This document shows positions 25,153 to 39,052 of a stretch of DNA of 64,000 nucleotides, piece by piece (positions within the stretch are counted from its first letter, which is position 1; every line of letters begins with the position of its first letter). The notes under the pieces are model-generated. The model saw only the letters and a program-made list of their open reading frames with translations, was not told the DNA's origin and searched no databases. This DNA is from Octopus vulgaris (lineage: Eukaryota): the NCBI GenBank assembly GCA_951406725.2, contig OX597817.1:140306001-140370000 (forward strand), in the 5' to 3' direction. Position numbers and translations under genes: made by a program.

Positions 25153-25703
25153 ACACATTACTTGTATGAAGGTGAAACACATTTAGAACCATCATGTGAT
25201 GTCAAGACATGAGTACACACACACACACACATACACATCACACACACTTTAAAATATGTGTGTATGTATATATGTATGTATGTATATAATCAGCCTCATC
25301 ATTATTTAATACCTGTTTTCCATCCTGGCATGAGATGGATAGTTTGACAGGGGCTGACAAGTTGGAAAGCTGTACCAAACCCTAATTGTATGTTTTGGCA
25401 TGGTTTCTATGGCTGGATGCCCTTCCTAACACCAACCACTTTACAGAGTGTACTGGTGCTTTCTATATGACACAGGCATGGTTGCCGTGAATTCGCAAGA
25501 CAAGTACCCGAAAGAGGGGGTGGGGTGGAGGCATGACCATGAAGGACATACCTATGTGTATAGATGGCCACAGTTTTATCCTACCTTTTGTGTTTTCTCA
25601 AGTTCCTTGTCATCTCCTGAGTGAGGCCCAACGTTTGAAGATCCTTTCTCACCACTTCTTCCCATGTCTTCTTGAGTCTACAGCTTCCCTCTACAATTAT
25701 ACA

Positions 25704-27065
<1,362 letters not shown>

Positions 27066-27073
27066 TGAATAGT

Positions 27074-27159
<86 letters not shown>

Positions 27160-27461
27160 TTATATATAATAATTATTATTTGAAGGAATATAAATTCAAA
27201 CTTAGAGGGAAAAAAAATTCAATTTAGTAATACTAAATTAAATTTCACACAATATAATATATATATAAAAAATTTGAAAATTTCTACCAATTATATACGT
27301 TTTTATTATTTTTTTTGCAATTTACTTAATCATTGATATTTTATTGTTATTTTAATTTTAATATTTCTATTATATGTAATTTTCTAGATGGCGTAATTTA
27401 ATTGTTCATTTTGAATTGATAAAAGGTGTTTTTTTCTAATTTTGTATATATATATATATAT

Positions 27462-27864
27462 ACTCTTTTACTCTTTTACTTGTTTCAGTCATTTGACTGC
27501 GGCCATGCTGGAGCACCGCCTTTAGTCAAACAAATCGACCCCGGGACTTATTCTTTGTAAGCCCAGTACTTATTCTATCGGTCTCTTTTTGCCGAACCGC
27601 TAAGTGACGGGGACGTAAACACACCAGCATCGGTTGTCAAGCAATGCTAGGGGGACAAACACAGACACACAAACACACACATACATATATATATATATAT
27701 ACGACAGGCGTCTTTCAGTTTCCGTCTACCAAATCCACTCACAAGGCATTGGTCGGCCCGGGGCTATAGCAGAAGACACTTGCCCAAGGTGCCACGCAGT
27801 GGGACTGAACCCGGAACCATGAGGTTGGTTAGCAAGCTACTTACCACACAGCCACTCCTGCGCC
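27462..27864 (-). mobile_element. SINE family B, full length
   Basis: Reverse complement of 18759-19187; older copies at 27900-28040, 44500-44660, 45405-45565, 50386-50850, 58300-58520 and 62745-63308. Confidence 0.9.
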
Positions 27865-27899
<35 letters not shown>

Positions 27900-28279
27900 T
27901 AGGCTTCTTTCAGTTTCCACCTACCAAATCCACTTCCAAGCTGTTAGCTGCCCTGGGGTAGAAGACATTTCTAAAGGTACCATGCTGAGATTTGACCTAG
28001 GATCATGTAATATGAATTGAACTTCTTCGCCACGCAGCCACATCTTCATCTTGGGTAGATGAAGCTTTACTGTATCTGTTTAAGCCTAGGTTTATCCTCA
28101 TACGGTCAACTTATTATTTCTAACCGTTTACCATTCAGATTATTTTTTGAAATGTCAGGCATATTTACTCACAGTGTTTGGAATAATTCAATATGAATTC
28201 CTCATGGTGGTAAGAATAATATTATAGGGCTATTAAATTCTCTATTTTTAGTGACCCAGTTCTTGAGGTTTACTGAAAT

Positions 28280-28780
28280 TAATTTTCCTCTAATCTCAAG
28301 AACCTTTCTTAAAATTCTTGGAGAATCCAAGATGGCACTTTTCTACTAACCAGCAATGCATTTTTCTAGTATCCTTCACTTTCTTAGGTATGCTTTGGGG
28401 TGTTGAACCAACAACACCTTATTACTTCAGTCCCAATTTTCACCATTTTCTTTCCCAAGCTCTTCATGTCTCTAGCAATCTCCTGATTACTTCTCCATTT
28501 CTTTCAATTTCTTAGACATCGACTCAATTATCATTTGCTATCTCAAACTCTATGCTCATACACTGTTTGCTTATACTGTCCTCTATAAGCGTATCTAGTC
28601 TTCTTGCTTCAGTTCTATGGTCAGTCCCATAATGTCGTGTAAATCTTATTCACTATCACAGCCCCTGGTTCCTGCTCCTTTTCAGTCACTTTGATTCCAC
28701 TTTGAACCCAACCTAACATCTCCAACATTCTTTTACTGACACTCTCATGTCTACGCTTATACACTTTTTTTGGTACTGAC
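28280..28780 (-). mobile_element. Degraded R4/Dong LINE C-terminal region
   Basis: Remnants DH.TEARR.D, VVGS and KSAILDSPRILRKVLE (compare the R4/Dong QK.ALLGTARILRKVL terminus). Confidence 0.6.
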
Positions 28781-28799
28781 TTGCTGTGTTGGTTAATAC

Positions 28800-29042
28800 T
28801 TTCTTCTTCTTCTTCTTCTTCTTCTTCTTCTTCTTCTTCTTCTTCTTCTTCTCCTTCTTCTTCTTCTTCTTCTTCTTCTTCTTCTTCTTCTTCTTCTTCT
28901 TCTTCTTCTTCTTCTTCTTCTTCTTCTTCTCCTTCTTCTTTTTTCTTCTTCTTCTTCTTCTTCTACCCCTCCTCCTCTTACTCCTACTCCTCCTCCTCCT
29001 CCTCTTCTTCTTCCTCCTTCTCCTCCTCTTCCTCCTTCTTCT

Positions 29043-29077
<35 letters not shown>

Positions 29078-29090
29078 TTCTTCTACTCCT
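28800..29090. repeat. Long (TTC)n/(TCC)n homopyrimidine tract
   Basis: Read directly. Confidence 0.97.
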
Positions 29091-29317
29091 CATTAAGATG
29101 CTGTATAGTAGAATCTGTTGAGTAGTGACCAAAAACAATCTTGTAGTATCTAGTTATTCTGCTTTGGTTTGAGTGTTCAAATCCCATCAGGGTTGATTTT
29201 ATTTTACATCCTCTCAAGGGATAATAAAATAATTACCAGCCAAGTTGATTGAATTAATTATGCTCTTCCCACACAACATGTGGCTTTGTGCCAACATCAG
29301 AGATTATCATCATCAGT

Positions 29318-29492
29318 TTAAATATTATTATTATTGTTGTTGTTGCGGTGGCAGTGGAAGCAGTGATGATGATGATGAGGAGGAGGAGGAGGAGGAGGAG
29401 GATTGTGATGATGATGGTGGTGATGATGATGATGATGATGGTGATGATGGTGATGATGATGATTGTGATGATGATGGTGATGATGATGGTGA
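29318..29492. repeat. Compound (TAT)/(GAT)/(GAG)/(GGT) microsatellite
   Basis: Read directly. Confidence 0.9.
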
Positions 29493-30062
29493 GGTTGAAA
29501 CTTCTTTCAGCTTCACTGGAGCAGAACTACACCATAAAACATGGACAATTTAACAATTACAAATATAATTTAACAATTCTAAACAGCACATCTTCAGCAA
29601 CAGAACCAAACTTAGTGCATAGATATTGTATTATGTTACCAACTCAGAGATCATGAGTTCAAGCTGTTAGATCTTTTGTCAAATATTCAAGCAGTAATTC
29701 TCTTTTCTGAATTGCATCTGTTGCTCTGTCTGTTAGGAAATGGTACCATGCCATTTGGGCATGAATTGAGGGAAAGAAATATAACTTTCTCTCATACAAT
29801 ATAGAGGACTGATCGTTAAAGGCTCCCTTGAAGTAACTGGAGACATTTACAGACATTTAGAGAGATTTAGAAAGGTTTATTCAATCAAGATATATGACAC
29901 AATGTCCAGTGGGTCAATGTGACATGATTGTGCCATTCCTTGTATTTGGTTATCTTGCTAATGTGATTCAGGTTTTGGACTTTATGCATAAAGGCACCAA
30001 CTGCAAAGGTATTATCTGGTATTGAAGTGCAGCTTTACATTTGTGTATGCGTGTTTGTGTGA

Positions 30063-30102
<40 letters not shown>

Positions 30103-30649
30103 AGGAGAATTCACGAAAAAAAGAAAAGACGAAGACAGCTGGTGTAGAAAACAAACAGATGTATTAGTATAACGCTTAGGAATTGAAAAAGTCATTTATG
30201 TTTTGAGCCTACGCTCTTCTACAGAAAGGGACACAGAAAAAAACAAGGAGAGAAAAAAACGTGCGTAGTGGCTACCAATCTATCATATATCTATATATAT
30301 ATATATATATATATGAATTAGAGATAAAACCACTATTATGCAACTCAAACAGTGATAGACATAAACCAATACAGAAATAACAAATAATATAAATATAATT
30401 AATATAAAATATAATATATATATTATATTTCAATAGTTTTAACTGATTTTCCTGTTGTTACAACTCTATTGTAATCAATTGAACTGATGAAGGCCTGTTG
30501 TTTATTCATTTCTTTTCTTTCTTTGTTTTTTCCTATAATGTGTGTAGGTGTGGGTGTTAGTTGTTTTAGGCTTATTTTATACTATTTTCTTCCTGTATTA
30601 CCAGAAGTGTTAGGCATCGTTTCCTGTATTAGTATAATTTCTGCTATCT

Positions 30650-30917
30650 GGCCTCCGTGCCGGTGGCGCATAAAAAGCACCCACCAATTGAGGCTGTTGC
30701 CATCCCCGCCTGACACCTGTGCCGCTGGCATGTAAAAAGTGCCCACTACACTCACGGAGTGGTTGTCGTTAGGAAGGGCATCCAGCTGTAGAAACACTGC
30801 CAGATCAGACTGTAGCCTGGTGCAGCCTCCTGGCTTCCCAGACCCCGGTCGAACCATCCAACCCATTCTATCATGGAAAGTGGACGTTAAACAATGATGA
30901 TGATGATGATGATGATG
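30650..30917 (+). mobile_element. SINE-like family C with (GAT)n tail
   Basis: ttaggaagggcatccagctgtagaaac...ccaacccat..catggaaa..gacgttaaa + (gat)n; copies at 25295-25480, 31365-31445, 32140-32330, 37670-37860, 38129-38347, 41080-41235, 45165-45390, 51040-51210 and 58850-59145. Confidence 0.85.
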
Positions 30918-31896
30918 TTTTCATGTTTAGTCTTTTGGTGAACTGCAAAGGATTTCTTCGACTTCAACATATTCTATTGAGCTCTGGTGTTACTCTATGG
31001 TATTTTGATCAGACATGCATGTTTGATTCTTTTCACCATCATGTTCCCACCAGAATTCTGCTATTCTTTCATCTACATAGCGGCATACACACAGGCCATA
31101 CACATATCAACACAAAATACTCAGAACCACTCTTAATACTCATTACAAGAAATAATACTCATAATTGCATGCGATGCTCATAATTAGACTCAAAAATCAA
31201 AGCCAAACACGATACTCAAAGTGCACAATATGAAGATAAAGAATTGTGCAATGGAAAAACACAGCACCAGTTAGAAATTATTCAACACTCGCATGAGTTG
31301 GGAAGGCAGATTACTTTGGATCTTTCAAATGCTTCAGTATAATGACTGTCCAAAGAAACACACATCATCATCATTTAACGTCTGTTTTCCATGCTAGCAT
31401 GGGTTGGATAGTTCGACCGGTGTCTGGTAAGCCATGGAGGCTGCACTATAAAAGAAATATACAAATGAAATGGATTCTATGGCCACACTACAATGTTCCG
31501 AGATTTCACAGTGATGTGACATTGAACATTCACTTGGGTGATGTGAACAACATCCAGAGAATTATGCAACAGATCACAATAATCTCCCAAATCCTGGGGC
31601 CACCGTTTGCAGCAGTCAGTACTTGATATGTGGTTGAACCTGATTGTCGAGCAACTAATCAAATATTGATCTGGAATAAGTTTGCTTGATGATTTGGGGT
31701 TATTACATAATGATGTATTGAATCGCATGGATATTGTCTGTCTTACATAACTGAATATGTATGCTATGTCACATAAATCTGTAAATGAAACATTGTAGCA
31801 AGACCTTTTAATCCATTAATCTGTTTTCTCGTTATTATGTTACTCCATGCTAAAAGTTCCACTCTCTTTTGGATACTCATGGTTTTATGGATCATT

Positions 31897-32022
31897 ATTA
31901 TTGTTGTCCAGATCACCAGTGCTGTGCAACCAATATTTACCCAAATAAACAATTTACTGTAATACTAAAATAATACCACATCATCATCATCATCATCATC
32001 ATCGTCATCATCATCGTCGTCG

Positions 32023-32066
<44 letters not shown>

Positions 32067-32085
32067 GTCATCATCATCGTCGTCG

Positions 32086-32138
<53 letters not shown>

Positions 32139-32771
32139 GTCGTCATCATCTTTTAACATCTGCATTTCATGCTGGCATGTGTTAGACAGTTTGGCCGGAG
32201 CTAGGCAAGCTGGAGAGCTGCATCAAACTCCAGTTTTCTGTTTTGGCAAGGTTTCTACTCTTGGATGCCCTTCCTAACAACCAACCACTTTACAAAACGC
32301 ACTGGGTGCTGTTAATATGACACTAGCATCGGATAATTTTCATCTTTTCCCTGTCTCTGTAGTCGAGGCAATTAATTTAACCTAACTTAAAATAAATGAA
32401 TTATTTTGCTGTCAATAGGAAGAAAAACCAAAAGTTTCTCTCTCTCAAATTCCACTCCCAAGGAATTGGTCAATATTGATTAACAACAGAAAACACCTAA
32501 CCATGGAGAGGGATTGAACTCAGTACTACAAGATTGCAACGTAAACTTCTTAACTTCAGTGTTATGTGTGAGCCATATTTATTATATGTAAGATGATGAT
32601 TTGTATGGAGATGTGTTCAGCTTTGATTCTGATTTTCTGGATCCTCACAGAAGTTGAGCAAGGGTTTATGCATAATACATGGACTTTTGTGTCATCAATG
32701 ATCATTGATGAGATCTATGAGATCAATTGATTGATTGATACCTGCTCATTGAGACTGATGGGTAATCAATG
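31897..32771 (+). repeat. Local direct duplication, copy 1 (copy 2 at 37528-38522)
   Basis: Colinear similarity from attattgt(tgt)ccaga through gagactgatgggt.atcaatg. Confidence 0.9.
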
Positions 32772-33189
32772 AATCCTTCACTAATGGATTATCTTTTGAT
32801 TTGTGTGTGATACGATTCATTTTCATCTGCCTCAATCTTTAAGTAGATTCCCTTCAATCAATATCTGTCTTGTCTTTCATCTTTTATGTTTTGCTTGTTT
32901 CATTCTTAGACTTCATTTCCAGTCTTCCATGAAAACATGCCTGGCCGTGGGCAAATATTGTTTTGCTCGCAAATTGATGAGGGTTGGTAACAGGAAGAGC
33001 ATACAGCCATAGAAATCTACTTTGACAATGTCTATCCAATAACAAAACAATGATGATGATGCATTACATACATACATGGATGTGTGTGTGTGTGTGTGTG
33101 TATCTCTATGTATTCGTATATGTAGATATATGCATCTGTCTATCAATCTATCTATCTATGAAATTTATCTATCTATCTATCTATATGTA

Positions 33190-33241
<52 letters not shown>

Positions 33242-33244
<3 letters not shown>

Positions 33245-33837
33245 GGGTTGGACAAAATAATTGAAACCTTAAAATTTTGAACAAATTTATTTTAATATGG
33301 GGTGGGACCAACTTTGGCAGTAATTACAACTTGAATTCTATGCGGTATGGACTCATACAAAGTTTGAATTGTTTCCAAAGGAATTTTTGTCCATTCTTCA
33401 GCTAAAACAGTCTACAGTTCTTGTAGTGATGATGGTGGAGGATATTGACTCCTTACTTCTTTTTCTAAAATGCACCATAATTCTGCCATGAAGGGAAACC
33501 ATTGGGCTGGCGCATTTCCAAGATATAGCCCACCAGATCATCACAGATCCTCCTCCATGTTTAACAGATGGAAGAAGGCAGTCTGGGTCAAATGCTTCTT
33601 TTGGCCGTCTCCACAAGTATACTTGGCTGGTGGTCAGGAATAAGGTGAAGGATGACTCGTCCAAGAAAATAACAATCTTCCATTTGCTCTAGGGACCAAT
33701 TCTGTAGGTTTTTACTCCCCTCTAAACACTTTGCAATGTTTGTTTTTGAAAATTGTGGTTTTCTGATTGCAGCTCTCCTGTGAAATCAAGCTTTGTGCAG
33801 CTCCCAGCGAACAGTTTTTGTGGAAACTGGGTTCTCG
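33242..33837 (-). mobile_element. Tc1-like transposon 3' half (same family as 6652-7765), internally deleted
   Basis: TA|CAGGGGTTGGACAAAATAATTGAAAC TIR; DESSF...VKHGGGSVMIW; lacks ~200 bp including the DNAPIH and SPDLN motifs. Confidence 0.92.
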
Positions 33838-34902
33838 TGACTTTGTTTCACATAAGGCTCTTAATCCTTTAAGAACATAAGTTGTATCTTGGATATTATT
33901 TTATTAAGGCAACTTGAGCCCATCTCATGTCCAGGTCTAACTCCAGCCAATTTTTCCCAGAGAATAAGGAGGAATAGTGATCCCATAACTTGACTTGTAC
34001 ATTATTTATCAACCAGAAAGTATGAAAGGTTGACCTTGGTAGCAGATGAAGTCACAGGGCTGAGAACCAAACCAAATACTGAAAGGTATCCATCAGACAC
34101 TCTACAGACTTCAACTGTTTGCTTTCATATGACATTTCATTAACATTGCTAAGTGTGAGAGAAAAACCTGTAAATAATAATATTTTGTTAATACAACACT
34201 GATTTCTGTATAATAGAAAATTGTTTCGAATTGAAGCTTGAATTATTATTAATTAACAGCCTTGAATTATTATTAATTAACAGCCTCCCTCCTCTCTCTA
34301 TGCAACCATTCAAGTCTACATTCATTTACATTTTAAAGTTATCTCCCTTGACTTTTAAGACCAAAATTATCAGTAAAATAAATAAGCTTTTTCTTCTCTC
34401 TTCACAATATGGGTGTCATTTTAATTAATTATATGCTTTTACTCACACCATTAAATGTGTTCGTCTCACTTCATTATCCTCAAATTAATTGGGTTTTTAT
34501 TCCACAAAATCTCTTGGCTATTGGTTCTAATTTGTATTGCATGTGTTTGAGAAGGTTTTGATGTCACAATTTGCTCTGTCCTGTCCAAAATAATTTCTAA
34601 AAGTCCATGGTCGCTTGTTGATCTATAGATATTAGTTTTAAAAACCTGATACTTGCCAGATTTGCATGTTGTTAAAGGGCAGACCACATTTTGGACATGT
34701 TAAAGGTGAAGGGATGACTGTGATTTTTATTGATCACTCATTGGAAATATTAGGTTTTTACAAGGTTAAACATGACAACCAACTCTAAATGGCTTCAGGA
34801 AACCAATAAAGGTTAATAGCTTAATAACTCTACAGTGGTGCTCAATGTCTATCTGACTGAATGTGTAAAAAGAGCAGTGAGATTCTATATAAGAATATAT
34901 AT

Positions 34903-35265
34903 CATTTCATTTTTTCATTTCATTTCATCTAGTTTCAGCTCACGAGCTGTGGCCATTCGGTGTTGCTACATGATTTTACTTCACGAATGCTTTTTAGGAA
35001 TTGACATTTGGTGCATGAGAGAGTTTGATGCAGCTGCCCTCATCTGCACCTCCTGCTGTGAAGTTGGTTCATCTGGGACACCTGACAGGAAGAAGTCCAG
35101 CTTTATTTTGAAGACATCTGCATCCACCCCATGCAGGTCTCTCAGGTCCTTCAGGAGGATATTGAAAACCTGTGGACCTCTGAAGCCCAGACTATCGCAG
35201 TATCTTGTCCTACATCTTGATGGTAAATTTTGAGTCCTTGGCACTATGCAGTGGCGCACAGTTCT
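34903..35265 (-). mobile_element. 5'-truncated CR1/L2-group LINE 3' end
   Basis: SLGFRGPQVFNILL...FKIKLDFFLSGVPDEP...RAAASNSL*; 3' stem-loop cagctc-gt-gagctg and (tgaaa)n tail; short tail copy at 58750-58812. Confidence 0.8.
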
Positions 35266-35347
35266 ATGTATATATATATATATATACATACATACCTAGC
35301 ATATATATTTGTACACGAACACACACAAACACACTCACACACACACA

Positions 35348-35400
<53 letters not shown>

Positions 35401-35674
35401 CTGTATGTGTGTGTGTTTGTGTATTGTTTGTGTGTGTGTGTGTGTGTGTGTATCATTCCTTATATTTCCTTACTCTTCCTCTCCCATGCTTGATTAAACA
35501 AAGTTCTGGCAAATGACAGATTCCAGTTTTGGTCCAATTAGATTTCCATAACATTTGGTATTTTTCTATAGTTAGACTGTGTATATCTACATAAATAAAT
35601 ATACATACATGCAATCATATCTCTTTATACATACATACATACATAATACATACATACATACATACATACATACA

Positions 35675-35735
<61 letters not shown>

Positions 35736-35787
35736 GTGTGAGTGTGTACATATGTATACCTATTTATATACATATATATGTATATAT

Positions 35788-35840
<53 letters not shown>

Positions 35841-35881
35841 CACACATATATTTATTTATATACATATATATTTATATATAA

Positions 35882-35919
35882 CCGCCTGATGAATAGGAAC
35901 ATGAAACTCTGAGTAGCAG
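35882..35919 (+). ncRNA. Minimal type I hammerhead-like motif at the start of a (TA)n-adjacent PLE-type repeat (35881-36040)
   Basis: CCGC CTGATGA ATaggaacAT GAAAC TCTGA GTA GCAG; canonical core, ACTC/GAGT stem III. Confidence 0.6.
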
Positions 35920-36128
35920 TTTTTTGTGATATTTTTGTGATGGTTTTGCAGCTTTAATAATAAAGTATATTACTCTATCTCTGGTATTCGAGTACTACTT
36001 TTTCCACCTTCTTTCACATTTATATTCTTAATTGAGTATACGTGTGTGTGTGCACATATATATATATATATATATATAAGTATGTATGTTTTTATGTATG
36101 TATATATGTATGTGTGTATGAGTATGTG

Positions 36129-36174
<46 letters not shown>

Positions 36175-37162
36175 TATATATATATACACTCACACACACA
36201 TACATATTCACATGCACATACACACACACACACATTTTGTACATTCTGCGTATCCAGAATTAGTAATAATGTAATGTAGATTTAGTTATAAATGTGTGTG
36301 TATAATTATGTAAAGCACCATCATGCATATTAATTAATTAATTAATTAATTAGACAAAATAAAAATAGTCTTGCTCTAAAATAATTAATCTGTTAGCAGA
36401 TTAGATGAAAATATTAATGAAAAAAAATTACAAACAAACACACCATGATTAAAATGTATAATTAGTTGTATCAATAAAATATGAAAATGAAACTAATATT
36501 ATTTGAGATAATAAAAGGTGTTGATAGCGATCGTTCTGAATGGAAGAGTTATTAAGACAGAGTGTAGTTATTTGTATTTATAGCTCTCTATCAAAGAAGT
36601 AGGCTATCAACACACAGAAATATAACACTGACCATAAAAATTGGTGAATATTAGATGAAATAAATTCTCAGTTGGATGCCTGTTACCATATTCTATCTTA
36701 TTAAAAAAAAAGCGACAAGAAAAACAAAGCAAAATTTCCTTGTTGACTATCAAATGACATTGTCTAGTTTTGCAGAGCATTTCTAGTGAAATCTAGAATG
36801 ACAGATGCTGAGTTGATTCAGTTGAAGAGAAGAAGCCATATTGATAGTCAATCAGATGTGAATGCAATTGAAGAAGTGAAAGGAGTATCATTTTCATAAT
36901 TCCAGTGGGAGACTTGTGAAGAAGGAGAGAGAGAGAGGGAGCGAGAGAAGAGGAGGAGGTTAGAGGTGTGAAGTGGAGTTAGTGGCTTACTTCCTGTGAA
37001 AGCATGCCGTCAATTAATAATGTTATTAAGGCGTTAACAGAATTAAGTGAAATGCAAAGATGTGAAATGAGACTTTGAGTTTTTGATGTTTGATTAAAGC
37101 CAATTGTCTGATGCTTGGTCATAGAGTATGTTTGTTACACAAAGTAGCAATTACTAATATGA

Positions 37163-37390
37163 TATATTTCTTTACTGCCCACAAGGGGCTAAACATAGAG
37201 GAGACAAACAAGGACAGACAAACGGATTAAGTTGATTACATCAACCCCAGTGCGAAACTGGTACTTAATTTATCGACCCCGAAAGGATGAAAGGCAAAGT
37301 CGACCTCGGCGGAATTTGAACTCAGAACGTAACGAAAGACGAAATATCGCTAAGCACTTCGCCCGGCGCACTAACGTTTCTGCCAGCTCT
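37163..37390 (-). mobile_element. SINE family A monomer
   Basis: Reverse complement of 5450-5676. Confidence 0.9.
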
Positions 37391-37527
37391 GACCCTGTAG
37401 ACATACTGGCTATTTGGTCAGCAGTATCAGAACAACTGACCACAGCTATACTAAACTGAGATAGTAAAGAGGCAACTGTTCAGAAAGAAGCAACTGACCA
37501 GCTACTCTCCTAAACTGTAGCAGTAAA

Positions 37528-38522
37528 ATTATTATTGTCCAGAACACCAGTGCTGTGCAACCAATATTTACCAAATAAACAAGTTACCATAATACTAAAA
37601 TAATACCGCATCATCATCATCATCATCCTCATCATTATCATCACCATCATCACCATCATCACCATTCATCATCGTCATCATCTTTTAACATCTGCATTTC
37701 ATGCTGGCATGTGTTGGACAGTTTGGCCGGAGCTAGGCAAGCTGAAGAGCTGCATCAAACTCCAGTTTTCTGTTTTGGCAAGGTTTCTACAGCTGGATGC
37801 CCTTCCTAACAACCAACCACTTTACAAAATGCCACTGGGTGCTGTTTACATGAAACTAGCATCGGATAATTTTCATCTTTTCCCTGTCTCTGGGGTCAAG
37901 GCAATTAATTTACCCTAACTTAAAATAAATGAATTATTTTGCTGTCATTAGGAAGAAAAACCAAAAGTTTCTCTCTCTCAAATCCACTCCCAAGGAATTG
38001 GTCAATATTAATTAACAATAGAAAACACCGAACCAAGGGGGTATGGAGAGGGAGTGAACTCAGTACTGCAAAATTGCAAAGTAAACTTCTTAACTTCAGT
38101 GTTATGTGTGAGCCATATTTATTATATGCCAGTACCGCATGACTGGCCCCCGTGCCAGTGGCACGTAAAAAGCACCCACTACACTCTTGGAGTGGTTGGT
38201 GTTAGGAAGGGCATCCAGCTGTAGAAACTCTGCCAAATCAAGATTGGAGCCTGGTGCAGCCATCTGGTTCGCCAGCCCTCAGTCAAAATCGTACAACCCA
38301 TGCTAGCATGGAAAGTGGACGTTAAACGATGATGATGATGATGATGATTATTTGTATGGAGATGTGTTCAGCTTTGGTTCTGATTTTCTGGATCCTCACA
38401 GAGGTTGAGCAAGGGTTTATGCACAATACATGGACTTTTGTGTCATCAATGGTCATTGATGAGATCTATGAGATCAATTGATTGATTGATACCTGCTCAT
38501 TGAGACTGATGGGTCATCAATG
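37528..38522 (+). repeat. Local direct duplication, copy 2, with an extra family C SINE at ~38129-38347
   Basis: Colinear with 31897-32771 apart from the insertion and the microsatellite. Confidence 0.9.
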
Positions 38523-38867
38523 GGATCTACTGACTGGTTTATGATCGATTTGATCATTGATTAATGATCGATCTAGTGTGTTCCACAAAACAATTGTACA
38601 ACTAATGTGACCCACTGGTTTATGTGGAATCAGTGGAATCCACTAATCAAAGTGTGATCGATGTGATTGATTTATTGGTGTGTTATCAGTGTGATTTGTG
38701 ACTGATGAGATCACTATTGATTTGTGATTTGTGGCTTCAATGATTGATGCATTATGATCCTTTTTGACCCATTGATCTGTCCAAGGTTAGTGTCGTGCTT
38801 CATTAAATATATCTAATGAAGCACGGCTGCTCAGCTTATCTAAGTAAGTCATCATCTGTAGGGCAGT

Positions 38868-39052
38868 ATTGTTGGCATCCTTTTTGTCTCGGGAGACAAT
38901 GGAGTTGCGCATAAAATAATCTAGTCCGGCTTTTTCATTTCATGTCCTAATACATCACCTGCTGTGGCTGTGTAGTCCTATCCTGGACAAACACTCCCTC
39001 TGCCAGGTACTGCAAATGTAGCGAAGACTTTGCTTGGCTGGTTGTAATGTCA
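38868..39052 (-). mobile_element. RTE LINE extreme 3' fragment
   Basis: Reverse complement of ~61585-61768. Confidence 0.9.

Noticed and set aside
28713-29656. Poly-K/R/S/F/D ORFs resembling low-complexity proteins
   Set aside because: Pure trinucleotide tracts open in several frames, with no splice or domain support
31897-38522. LTR pair flanking a 4.7-kb interior
   Set aside because: No TG..CA ends, PBS, PPT, TSD or gag-pol remnants; the repeats contain an old SINE
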